Shown: in pieces, positions 52,851 through 64,000 of the stretch | How the letters are laid out: each line of letters begins with the position of its first letter | Position numbering within the stretch: position 1 is the first letter of the stretch | DNA from: Octopus sinensis | Taxonomy: Eukaryota | NCBI RefSeq assembly: GCF_006345805.1 | Contig: NC_043006.1 | Coordinates: 48,360,001-48,424,000, forward strand | Reading direction: 5' to 3' | DNA length: 64,000 bases | The notes under the pieces: model-generated | The model's input: the letters and a program-made list of their open reading frames with translations, nothing else | Databases searched by the model: none | What the model was told of the DNA's origin: nothing | Program-made: the position numbers and the translations under genes

Positions 52851-53247
52851 AATGACAAACAAATTTATTTCAAGTATTAAGTCCAAGTCACTGAGTGAGG
52901 AAAACCCACTTCAGCCTACTTTCTTAACACTACTATTACAAAGGAGCCAGTGAGGGAGCCTCTATGTGATCAGTTCTTAAAAGCAGCAACCAAGTTTCCT
53001 CAAATCAAATTGTGGTGACTTAGGAACATCATGATGGATAAAATATGTGCCTGGTTTCCCTGCAAATAAGAAAATGAACGGTCACAAAATGACTACCTTT
53101 GATTATACATCTATTTGATCAAGATTCATATGACATTGAATAATAACAATACGTTCGCTTCAAAAAAGTTTCTTTGGAATTGTTCTTCCTCCTATGCTAT
53201 CCATGAGAAAGTTGTCACCATTTATTCCCTTACAACCATTTCGAATA

Positions 53248-54197
53248 CTGTGATACCTCGCAGTACGAATTTAATTCATTCCATGACCGAGCTCGTATTG
53301 CGATGTAATCGTTTTACAAATCAATTTTTCCTCATAACTAAAATATAATTAATCCGTTCCAGCGCCCCAAAACCGCTCGAAAATAATTCTTTATGGGGTT
53401 TCAAACAGAACAGATGTAGTTACAAGTGAAATGAAAAGTATAAAAGAGAGGATACAAAAGGAATATGTAAACTGGTTTTACTCTTTTACTCTTGCTCTTT
53501 TATTTGTTTAGTCATTTGACTGCGGCCATGCTGGAGCACCACCTTTAGTCGAGCAATCGGCCCCAGGACTTATTCTTTGTAAGCCTAGTACTTATTCTAT
53601 CGGTCTTTTTTGTCGAACCGCTAAGATACGGGGACGTATACACACCAGCATCGGTTGTCAAGCGATGTTGGGAGGACAAACACAGAGATGCAAACATATA
53701 TACACACATACATACACACACACACACACATATATATATTCATATATATATATATAATATATATCTATATTATATATATATATAATATATATATATATAT
53801 AATATATATATATATATAAAATATTATTGAGACAAAATATGATATGACAGCGGATGATATTCCCTAATATTTATTATTATATATATATATATATATATAT
53901 ACGACGGGCTTCTTTCAGTTTTCGTCTACCAAATCCACTCACAAGGCTTTGGTCGGCCCGAGGCTATAATAGTAGAAGACACTTGCCCAAAGTTCCACAC
54001 AGTGGGACTGAACCCGCCAGCTACTTACTACACAGCCACTCCTGCGCCTATAGCCACTCTTGAATTACCTTAAAGATGGGACGATTTGTGCGCTCGTACT
54101 GTGGATTTCCGCTCTTCAAGACAAAAATTCGCACGAGTCTCGGCTCGTACAGCAAACTACTCGTACAATGGAGCATTCGTACTGCGAGGTTCTACTG
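53248..54197. mobile_element. pogo/Tigger-type non-autonomous transposon interrupted by SINE A
   Basis: TA|ctgtgatacctcgcagtacgaat ... attcgtactgcgaggttctactg|TA: TIRs with TA TSD. Confidence 0.75.
53476..54048 (-). mobile_element. SINE family A with expanded and invaded internal (TA)n
   Basis: Both halves present; non-repeat insert at 53820-53872. Confidence 0.85.
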
Positions 54198-54722
54198 TAT
54201 ACACAAAATAATCGTAAACATAAAATCACTACATTTATGATAGAATGTTAGCGCTGGTATCTGTGCGGGAGTGGTTGCGTCTGTGCGTATTTGTTTGAGC
54301 ATGTGTATTTGTTGCATGCTTGTACTAATGGGGATTGTATTTACGACTTGCTTCACTTACAATTTCTCCTCTTTCCCGTCACCTCGCCGGCACCACAATC
54401 AGTCTCCTGTCATCCTTATCCATGCCTCTCTACAGACGCTCACCGTTCATCAACAGTCGCTGTCATCATCCGCTGTCATTCACCCTCACCCTACATTGCT
54501 TGCCAGATATCGCGTTAACAGTCATTACTAGTTCGTCTATGGCCGTCATTGATCGTTACTTTCCGTTACCACTTGATATAGCATTGCCATCGGTTCTTGG
54601 CTGCCGCCACATGCAATCAGTAGTGTTGTTACTTATACGTATATCGGAGCAGAAACATATAACGATAGGGAACGTAAATTTCTGTGTGCGTGTGTGTGTG
54701 TGTATGCGTGTGTGTGTGTGTG

Positions 54723-54766
<44 letters not shown>

Positions 54767-54948
54767 TGTGTGTGTGTGTGAAAGAGAGAGAGAGACAGTC
54801 AAGGAGAGGAGGAAGAGTAGTGGTTGTAGTTATAGATATTTTCGAAGCCAAAGTAAAAAGGCAATGGAGGATAGTGTGTAAGAGATTGAGAGAGAGGGAG
54901 AGAGAGAGAGGAAAAATGGAAAAAGAGAAAGAAAGAAAGAATGAAAAA

Positions 54949-54980
<32 letters not shown>

Positions 54981-55174
54981 GAAAGAGTGGTACAGACAGA
55001 GAGACACAAGCAGAGACAGGGAGATAGTGATAGGTTTAGAAAAGAGGAAGAACGTTAATAAATTTAATAAATGGGTAAGACTATAGTGTGAATGGTAGAT
55101 AGAAGTGAAGGGGATAAACGAGTGACAATAGATAGGTGAGATATATAAGGTGAATGAGATTTCGAATAAGTGAC

Positions 55175-55215
<41 letters not shown>

Positions 55216-56256
55216 AAAAGTAAGCGGTGAAGAGAAAGAGTAAGAGTGATAAGTTACCAGAGACAGAGCGGAGTAGTGATACACAGGTAAAGAAATAAAA
55301 AAAAACTAAGAATAAAAAAAACACGCAGGGAAACATTTAAAGGGGAAAAAACTAAAAAGAAAAGGGGAGAGGAGGAGGGATAAAATGTGAGGAGGAAGAG
55401 AGCAACAGTGGATAAAGAAGAACGAAAAAAATAACATATCAAGAGAATGTCGGCTGCTAACGATAAAAGGGAAAAAATATATAATGTCAGACATTTTGAG
55501 ACATTTGGCGATAATACAGCGAATTTGGAGGAAGGTGTGTCGAGAAATCTTTACAAGGAATCACAGAATGACACAGTAAACGGTCAGAATCAGCTATATC
55601 TTTCCTTGGAAGGGTGGAAATGCGACGAACTTTAAGAGATTTATTCCTCTATGAAGAAAGTAGAGAGATGTCTTGTGCAATGATAAAACGTGACTAAATT
55701 CTGTCGGTTCTATGATAGTTTCTGATTATGTGTGTGAGAGTGCTTCTATGTATGTATGGATGGACGGCTGTATTTTTTTAGGTTTTCAATTACTTGAATT
55801 CTTCTAAAGAAAGAGTCGCACTCTCACAAAAAACACAGATCCATCGCTGAAATTTGGACGACAAAATCACTAGTTTTAACATACATGTTAAACTTCAAAG
55901 AAGTTTTTCATAGTTTTTCTGTTCCGCTACCGAGTTGTATTTGTAAAGTATGTATCAGCTGGTCTTTTAGTATGTATGTTTAGGTTTGTGCATGTATCTG
56001 TGAATGTATTTAAATATCTATGTACAAAAGCAAAATTACGTTTGAATATATATATATCACATATGTGGTTATGACGATCGCTTTGCTATCATTAGGTAAC
56101 GAGTGCGATTTTCATCCATAGTATTTCATACTGTGCCTTCTGAAAGGACTGCAAAGGACAGAGACTGAATGAGACCCATTCAGTGAAAACTTAATTAGGA
56201 TAAGATTGTAATTAATTTACACGTAAAATTAAAAAGTAGTGACATAATGGTGTTTA

Positions 56257-56547
56257 GGATCTTTACCCTTTGAACGGCAGATCGAGAAATTAATTTAATG
56301 TAACTAAACATTTTCAAACTTCGGACACTGGTAGAACTTTATTCAGCTGAATACACGTCGTTGATTGGTTGAAATTACCGAAATACGACAATTTTAACAC
56401 GAAAAAACTTAGAACATATAAATTTTTCTGAACAACACTAAGAGTAAAAGATATTTTATATGACACATTCTACCAGTGTCCGAAGTTTGAAAGTGTTTAG
56501 TTACAAAAAACTAATTTCTCAATCAGCCGTTCAAAGGGAAAAGATCC
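56257..56547. mobile_element. MITE with ~80-bp TIRs and 8-bp TSD
   Basis: ggtgttta|ggatctttaccctttgaacggc ... gccgttcaaagggaaaagatcc|ggtgttta. Confidence 0.85.
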
Positions 56548-56589
56548 GGTGTTTATTTTGTTTTTACCTTTTCTATTTTCATTTACAAG

Positions 56590-57160
56590 GTTAAGTGTGG
56601 TCACCGCAGAGTGTCAAATTGGAGACGGAACACGTAGCAATCCAGCGCCACTACACAAAGATTGACTCGGTGCAATAGATGAGCTACTGGGAGAGTCTAA
56701 AAGAACTGAAGATGTAGTCCCAACAAGAAAGACGAGAAATACATACAGTGATATTCGTACGGAAAATCCTGGAAGGTCTAACTCTCAACCGTGGAACTGA
56801 AAATTCTACCAGCCCCCGAACTGAGCGACACAAACAGTCCAAAAGATTTACTTTTCTCTCTCTGGAATAAGGACCCAGTGCTGTAACAACATGGGCTTCA
56901 AGAACCCATGACTATTCAACTTTCTACCAAAACAATCTCTGAGATCTGAAAGGTGTAGATGTGGAGGTGTTCAGGGAACGCTCGGACAAATTCTTCTCTG
57001 AGATAACAGATGAGCCCACATCGCCACAAGGGACAGAAAGGAGAGCAGTTCCATCCAACTCGCTACTTCTCCAGACACAATACAGGAGAGAAGACCAATC
57101 ACATTAAAAGGCGATGACCCAGAATGGCCTCAGGTTCTGGCTGAAAGTAGTGAAGAAATA
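56590..57160 (+). mobile_element. CR1-group LINE 3' fragment (ORF2 C-terminus + 3' tail)
   Basis: Manual translation WSPQSVK..IQRHYTK..MSYWESLKELKM..ERRE..KILEGL resembles YWERLK.LKLYSL.RRRER; tail aaggcgatgacccagaatggcctcag..ggctgaaa. Confidence 0.75.
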
Positions 57161-57289
57161 ATTTTTTTAAATGTTTTTTTCTTTAATATTTAAATTTGAA
57201 AGGTTATTATATATTAGATATCTACAAAAATATATTCGTCGTGACTAAAGTTAGTTATCCTTTTAGTTTTTTTTACAATTATTTTTTAA

Positions 57290-57354
<65 letters not shown>

Positions 57355-57477
57355 AATTAGAAAAAAAATCACCTTTTATCAATTCATTATATTTTGTGAA
57401 ATTTGACTTAGTATTTCTAATTGAATTTTTCCCTGTAAGTTTGGAATAATAGTCCCTCATATTATATATATATATAT

Positions 57478-57512
<35 letters not shown>

Positions 57513-57689
57513 GTCTCCATAGAATAGAAAAAAAACCTCCTTATAAAACATAGTTAAATCGGTTAAAAAATCTCAACCATAAACATTGCTGCAGTAATAA
57601 TTTCCGGAGGACCTGGATGGGGGTAACATACAACGGAAAATTGGCGAAACTCTAGAAGCTGAGTAATTCTGTAAAAAGAAAAAGAAAAA

Positions 57690-58118
57690 AAGAGGAAGCG
57701 AAAGGAGTCTCTTTTTTTTTAGCACTATCGATTGCTCTAAGGTATGAACCGTGCTTTCCTGTCTGCTTATTTAGCAAGCGAATATTTTGGAAATGAATGC
57801 ACGAAACCTGCCAAATTATAAAGACTTCATACTTTTAGACATTATTCCTATACAAGTAAACCTTTAGCATTTTTATTTTTGCTTTATTTTTACTCTTTTA
57901 CTCTTTTCTTGTTTCAGTCATTTGACTGTGGCCATGCTGGAGCACCACCTTTAGTCGAGCAAATCGACCGCAGGACTTATTCTTTGTAAGGCTAGTACTT
58001 ATTCTATCGGTCTCTTTTTGCTGAACCGCTAAGTTACGGGGACGTAAACACACAAGCATCGGTTGCCAAGCGATGTTGGGGAGACAACACTGACACGCAA
58101 ACATATACACACACACAC

Positions 58119-58175
<57 letters not shown>

Positions 58176-58460
58176 TATATACGAGGGTCTTCTTTCAGTT
58201 TCCGTCTACCAAATCCATTCACAAGGCATTGGTCGGCCCAAGGCTATAGTAGAAGACACTTGGCCAAGGTGCCACGCAGTGGAACTGAACGCTGATACAT
58301 GTGGTTGGTGAGCAAGCTACTTACTACACAGCCACTCCTACGCCTATATTTATTCATTTTGAAAATATTTCTAGCATATTTCAAAGTCCGTGAAAATTTA
58401 AAAAAAAACAAAACAGCCATTGGTTCCAGAAAAATACTTCCGAGCATCGTATGAAGCTTT
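57690..58460 (+). pseudogene. Second Charlie/Buster transposase N-terminal relic, split by SINE A
   Basis: FPVCLF..GNECTKPAKL.R..H....KPLAF (with frameshifts), homologous to 49650-49950. Confidence 0.55.
57885..58345 (-). mobile_element. SINE family A, full length
   Basis: Reverse complement of the consensus with internal (TA)n. Confidence 0.9.
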
Positions 58461-58650
58461 ATATAATTAATTCAAAAATACACAATATATCTAACAGAAT
58501 TGGCGAAAAATCTGTAATGCTAGCGACACCGAAAAGATAACAAAATCATATGCGGAGAAAGCAATGCGAAAGAAAGAAGAAAAATTTCGATGTCAAATGT
58601 TATAATAATGAATTGTAGCGAATTTCATACTGAATCTCGTAACATATAAT

Positions 58651-58708
58651 GGCGGTGCCCCAGCATGGCCACAGCTCGTGAGCCGAAACTAGATAAAATG
58701 AAAATGAA
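58651..58708 (+). mobile_element. Tail-only LINE/SINE fragment
   Basis: ggcggtgccccagcatggccacagctcgtgagccgaaactagataaaatgaaaatgaa; atataa on both sides. Confidence 0.6.
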
Positions 58709-59841
58709 TATAAGGCACCCTTTGTCTATAATAGCCAAAGATGAAGCGAATCTTTGTAATATGTAAAAAGATTTGATGGGCAAAAGATTTGCAGGATCTA
58801 CGTCTGACTGAGGATATTTTGAAGGCTAGAAGTACGGAACACTCAACAATGATTATTCAAAAATTAGGACAACAACTGGAATGCTCATTGTCACAATCGA
58901 CGGAGATCCATTTAACTAACAAGTTTGGTAAATTTTTTGGTGTATGTGTGTGTGTCTGAGTGTGTGTGCATACATGCTGCATACAGACACACGCACTCAC
59001 TCTCTCGCGCTCAATCTCTCTCTCCCACACACACGCACACACACACACACATATATATATATAATCCTTCCTTCTATAGCCACAAGGCCCGAGTTTTTAA
59101 TGCAACCAACACAAGTAAGCTTCTTCTGTACTTCTCGTATGATTTATGTCACACTCTCTTGAAGATAAAAATAATAGTCGCATCTCTGGCGTCCTGATAA
59201 GCGGGAACAGTGAATGGAGTTTTGTCAGTATTTCGGTTCAAGTTTATATACATCAGTTAGAGTAACAGCGGAGACGGTTGCTCCACTAGTTTTAGCGCAC
59301 AGATTAATATTTGTGGTTTGCGTAATGTCAGAAGGTACAAATAAGTTATTCTACGTTGGCCTCGTTCGCTGCACAGTGCTAAGAATGTATGCAGAACATC
59401 GTTTTCATTAGTTGTTGAGAATTGTCTCATTCCACTATAAGTTTTTTTTACCCTCTGTAGATTTAAGGCGTGGGCAGCTTCGACCTGTTGTACCACAACC
59501 AAATATTACTTTAGCCGTGATGAAGAAACAACTTGTGCCATGCATGTCAGATATTTTCTGTATTTCAAGTATTTTGGCCTGCTACCAATAACTTTTGTTT
59601 TTTATTGTGTGTCTTTTTTATTCTCGACTGATACTTAAGAGTACACGAACACCTGTTGCGAAGCACTAAGTTACATTCCTGATTTAACTCTTTCGAAATA
59701 ACCTGTTAGTACGTAATAAATATTTGCTGAAATTCTTTCTTCGCATTCAGATTTCTATATGAACAAAACATTTCTTTCTTTAGCACACACACTCTTTATT
59801 TATTTTTTTTTTTCTATATATCTCCATTTATAACCCCTCTC

Positions 59842-59886
<45 letters not shown>

Positions 59887-60143
59887 AACACGCAATGAGT
59901 CGAAACAGGGGCAGCTGAAGAAGGGGAATGTTCCTTGTGTTGTTTGTCTTGTACTCTGTTTTTTTCGTTGTTAAAAAAAGTCCGTTTCCTCCCCTGGTTT
60001 TTTATGTTTTCGTTTCTCGTTGTTTCTACGTTTATTTGTGGTGTCCTGTACTCATATATGCATGTATATATACATATAGATGTAGGTATCTACATATATG
60101 TATGTATGCATATGTTTATTATAAATTATTATATTATATATAT

Positions 60144-60180
<37 letters not shown>

Positions 60181-60181
60181 C

Positions 60182-60224
<43 letters not shown>

Positions 60225-60299
60225 ATGTATACGTTCGTATATGTAAGTATTCGTATGTTGTATGTACATATGTGTGTATTTATGTTACTTTCTGCGTAT

Positions 60300-60357
60300 A
60301 TTCCACTGATGAGGCAAAGCATTTCTAAATGCAAGCCAGAAATCCGGGATCTGGAAT
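60300..60357 (+). ncRNA. Type I hammerhead ribozyme motif
   Basis: attcca CTGATGA ggc-aaa-gcattt-ct-aaatgc-aa-gcc a GAAA tccggga TC tggaat. Confidence 0.75.
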
Positions 60358-60613
60358 TATCCAGTAAATTTTGGTACTTTTATTTTGTCTTTTTGTCTTC
60401 TCTCCTTGTGCTGTATGAACATTTAATGTCGTTTTAGAGTTAGGTTCTGGCTGCTATTTCCAGCATGGCGGTATCTCGTAGATACTCTAAATTATAATTT
60501 TAATAATAATTATTACCTTTGAAGGTTTTTATTTCCATGCTGGCCATTTGATAAGATCGTTATTTAATTTAAATTAACCATCTTATCCTTATATATATAT
60601 ATATATATTATAT

Positions 60614-60770
<157 letters not shown>

Positions 60771-60775
60771 CTGTC

Positions 60776-61072
60776 TGTGAAGGCGCATGGCTGAGTGGAA
60801 AGAGCGTCGAGCAGTGGAAAAAGCGTCGATCGTGAGATTATGAGCTCGAATCCCGGACCAGGCTGCGTGTTGTGTTCTTGAGCAAGACACTTAATTTCAT
60901 GTTGCTCCAGTTCACTCAGCTGTAGAAATGAGTTGCGACGTCTCAGGTGCCAAGCTGTATCGGCCTTTGCCTTTCACCTGGATAACACTGGAGGCGTGGA
61001 GAGGGGAGGCCGGTATGCATGGGCGACTGCTGGTCTTCCATAAACAACCTTGCTTGGACTTGTGCATGGGAA
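60776..61072 (+). mobile_element. SINE family C-related
   Basis: gtgaaggcgcatggctgagtgg..gagctcgaatccc..tgtgttcttgagcaagacactt..gttgctccagttcactcagctg. Confidence 0.8.
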
Positions 61073-61101
61073 GGTATATATATATCTGTCTATCTAGCTC
61101 G

Positions 61102-61150
<49 letters not shown>

Positions 61151-62339
61151 CACACACATGCATATATACACGTACACACTCACATATTAAGGGAAAGAGA
61201 GCATATATGTGTGGTATATATATATAGGATGAATGCATCTACGCTAATATGGCAGAGTTTATTGTAGCAATACATGATACAATCTCTAAGATACACCACG
61301 AAAAATTTCGTTATATTGCGTTACATTTGTGTAATACTCTTCAACATTTAGTAAACCTGCAACAGGAGATTTAAATCCTTAATCCGAGGGATAATTTGAG
61401 TATTGTTAATGTCGACAGCAATTAGTCTATAGAAGAGCAGATGATTCCAATAAGTTCATTGTTTATAATTAATGAGGAATGGCAATGTTCTCTTCCATAC
61501 CTCCAAGATTGTTTGGAAAAAGAAAGAAATATAGCCAGAACCTGGAGACCTAAAACTTGTTTTGAACCCTTGTGATACAGTCAGTTCTGTTAGATGCTAA
61601 TGGACTTGTTATAAAGCCAACCCCACAAAATGTTAACAGTTCCTCTCTTGGTTTTCTACACAATTCCTGCCAAGCAAAATGTCAGGAAAAAGTCTTTGAT
61701 CAACACGACGCTATAGTGGAAGACTCTTTCTTAAGGTACCGCACAGTACGATCGAACCCGAAACCATGTTGTCCCGAAACGAATTTCACTAACAACATCA
61801 CCGTGCTTCAATGAAGAATATAACATTTTGAGTCTGCAGATAAACTGTTGTCGATAAAAGCTATTACAAGTTACCCAGAGTTCCGAATTTTAGCCTGGTT
61901 GTAAGTAAAATAATTACAGCTTGCGATGTTAGCTTCATGAGTCTGAATGGTTGGTGGGTGGCTAGATGGGTGGGTGGTTAATAAGATTTGGCGTTCATAT
62001 CGTAAACTGTGGAGATCGTCAGAATATCTTCGAGCGTCCAAGTTTTTTTAATTTATGCGTTTAAATATAAATTTACATGAAAGGGTAATTATGGACCGTA
62101 AGAACTAGCAACTGAGTCATGATTTCTTTACTGTCTTTCCTCTTATTATTCCACAACTTCATGGTCTGGAAGGTATTAATAATAGTTTGTAACGGATATA
62201 AAGTAAAATATCAATTATACGATAATATTCTTGAAGTGAAAAACAATTACAATAATATTACGCATTTCTTTTTTTTTTTATACCTTGTTTATTTTCAATT
62301 AAATTTACGATGAAACCAGTCAGCATTTGTCGGAATTTA

Positions 62340-62800
62340 TCTTAACTCTTCTTATTCCTGGAAGCACATTCTGCAGCAATTCCAATCAGATTTATTTTGT
62401 CTGTTGTCTGTTCTTTGTGATACGGAAGTATAGACAAATAATTTAATCTCCTTATATCATTCTTGACCGAAGACATTTCTTTAAACATTTTGTGAAAGAA
62501 AAATTTTCTTTGAGAAATAACAGATGTCGAAGAATTCACCAGTAAAAGTTAGCAACTTGTAGGATCCTCGATATTACGTACACGCTAAAGGCTGCATTTT
62601 TTTCATTCAGATACTCTGTAATGACAGTTACGCAACAAACAGAGGTATATCTCGCAGAAACTTCAAATACTGGAAATTGAACAATCAAAGAATTAACGTC
62701 AACGTCTTTGGAATATGCAATCTTAATAACATTAATATCTAATGATGTATATTCTTTGATGATCACCGTAAGTAGCAATGTCTCTTGCCTTGAATATATC
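62340..62800 (-). pseudogene. hAT (ZMYM1/THAP12-like) transposase C-terminal relic
   Basis: ORF RRLNYLSILPYHKEQTTDKINLIGIAAECASRN matches the hAT dimerisation domain end; frameshifted. Confidence 0.65.
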
Positions 62801-62942
62801 TTATAACTCGTCTAATCAAAACACTGGTCAACAGAAGACATTATAGTATCGATCCCCTCAAGATACGCATGCGTCACACGCGACGCTCTCTTCTATGTCA
62901 ATGGAATGTAAATTAAATCAGTTCCTATTCCCATCTTTTTTC

Positions 62943-62997
<55 letters not shown>

Positions 62998-63112
62998 GTC
63001 CTTCGCTTTCTTGGTAATACAGGTTCTGAGAAATGGCGTGTCACTCTCTGTGTTCCGCAAAATATCAACGTAGAGAAGATCAAAAGATCTTCATTTCACA
63101 TATTTTTCAAAA

Positions 63113-63176
<64 letters not shown>

Positions 63177-63349
63177 AATCTATCTCTCTCTCTCCATCTC
63201 TTGGCAATATTTTAGCTATGCGACTACAAAAGCTAGGTTGAGATTTCATCCAAAGAGAAAATGAAAATTTTCAAAGCCTAGCATCTAAATACACGACCCT
63301 AAACTTCAGCATCCACTTGCGACTGCAAACATTCAAACTAACAATTGAA

Positions 63350-63726
63350 TACTCTTTTACTTGTTTCAGTGATTTGACTGCGGCCATGCAGGAGCACCGC
63401 CTTTAGTCAAGCAAATCGGCCCCAGGACTTATTCTTTGTGAGCCTAGTACTTATCCTATCGGTCTCTTTTGCCGAACCGCTAAGTTACGGGGGCGTAAAC
63501 ACACCACCATCGGTTGTCAACCAAAAATTTACATACACATACATGTATATATATACATATATACTTCGGGATTCCTTCAGTTTCCGTCTACCAAATCCAC
63601 TCACAAGGCTTTGGTCGGCCCGAGGCTATAGTATCAGACACTTGCCCAAGGTGCCACGCAGTGGGAATGAACCTGGAACCATGTGGTTGGTTAGCAAGCT
63701 ACTTACAACACAGCCTCTTCTGCGTC
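63350..63726 (-). mobile_element. SINE family A
   Basis: Reverse complement of the consensus. Confidence 0.9.
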
Positions 63727-63729
63727 TAT

Positions 63730-63832
63730 AAAAATGAAAGGAAGATTTGACCTCGGCCGAATTTGTACTCAGAACGTAAAGACGGACGAAACGCCGTTCT
63801 TCATTGTTCCTGGCGTGTTAACGATTCGGCCA
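63730..63832 (-). mobile_element. SINE family B 5' fragment
   Basis: gacctcggccgaatttgtactcagaacgtaaagacggacgaaac. Confidence 0.7.
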
Positions 63833-64000
63833 TTATTATTATGAAAATAGGTCATTATTATTATGAAAATTTCCTTGAAAGTGAGCAGCAGATATTTAAG
63901 TTGCACATAGAGTTAAAATACCACCAGACATCATCAATTTACTCTCAGACTCTTCCATATTTTCTTTCTTCAAATCACCAAGTACATTTTCCCTCTTTGG

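Noticed and set aside
59200-59600. Minus-strand TCMA, possibly a hAT transposase CxAH motif
   Set aside because: Too fragmentary to support without an alignment.
59880-59940. ctgaaga with nearby gaaac motifs
   Set aside because: Order and stems do not assemble into any hammerhead topology; probably part of an unclassified repeat.

Overview
Eukaryotic, AT-rich, microsatellite-saturated DNA with no recognisable host protein-coding exon. The tRNA-derived SINE repertoire points to an octopus (coleoid cephalopod) genome, intergenic or intronic; this is inferred from recognising the repeats. Almost all listed ORFs are translations of simple repeats. The window holds three abundant SINE families: A, with an internal TA/TG microsatellite; B, with a 'gtcgactttgcctttcatcctttcggggtcgataaa' core and two alternative tails; and C, with a tRNA-Arg-like head. 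It also holds LINE relics (CR1-group, Dong/R4), decayed hAT/Tc1/mariner/pogo transposons and MITEs, an orphan 5S rRNA copy and a ~2.8-kb tandem duplication. The main hidden signal is a set of at least eight small type-I hammerhead ribozyme motifs of the minimal Penelope/retrozyme type. They lie in mutually unrelated short elements that mostly sit in or beside microsatellites and often fold back on themselves. Three of these families carry a U3-A8 covariant catalytic core (UUGANAA). One element combines a Pol III tRNA head, an (AAT)n spacer and a hammerhead-containing tail, making it a candidate ribozyme-bearing SINE. Coordinates were read by eye and may be off by a few bases.
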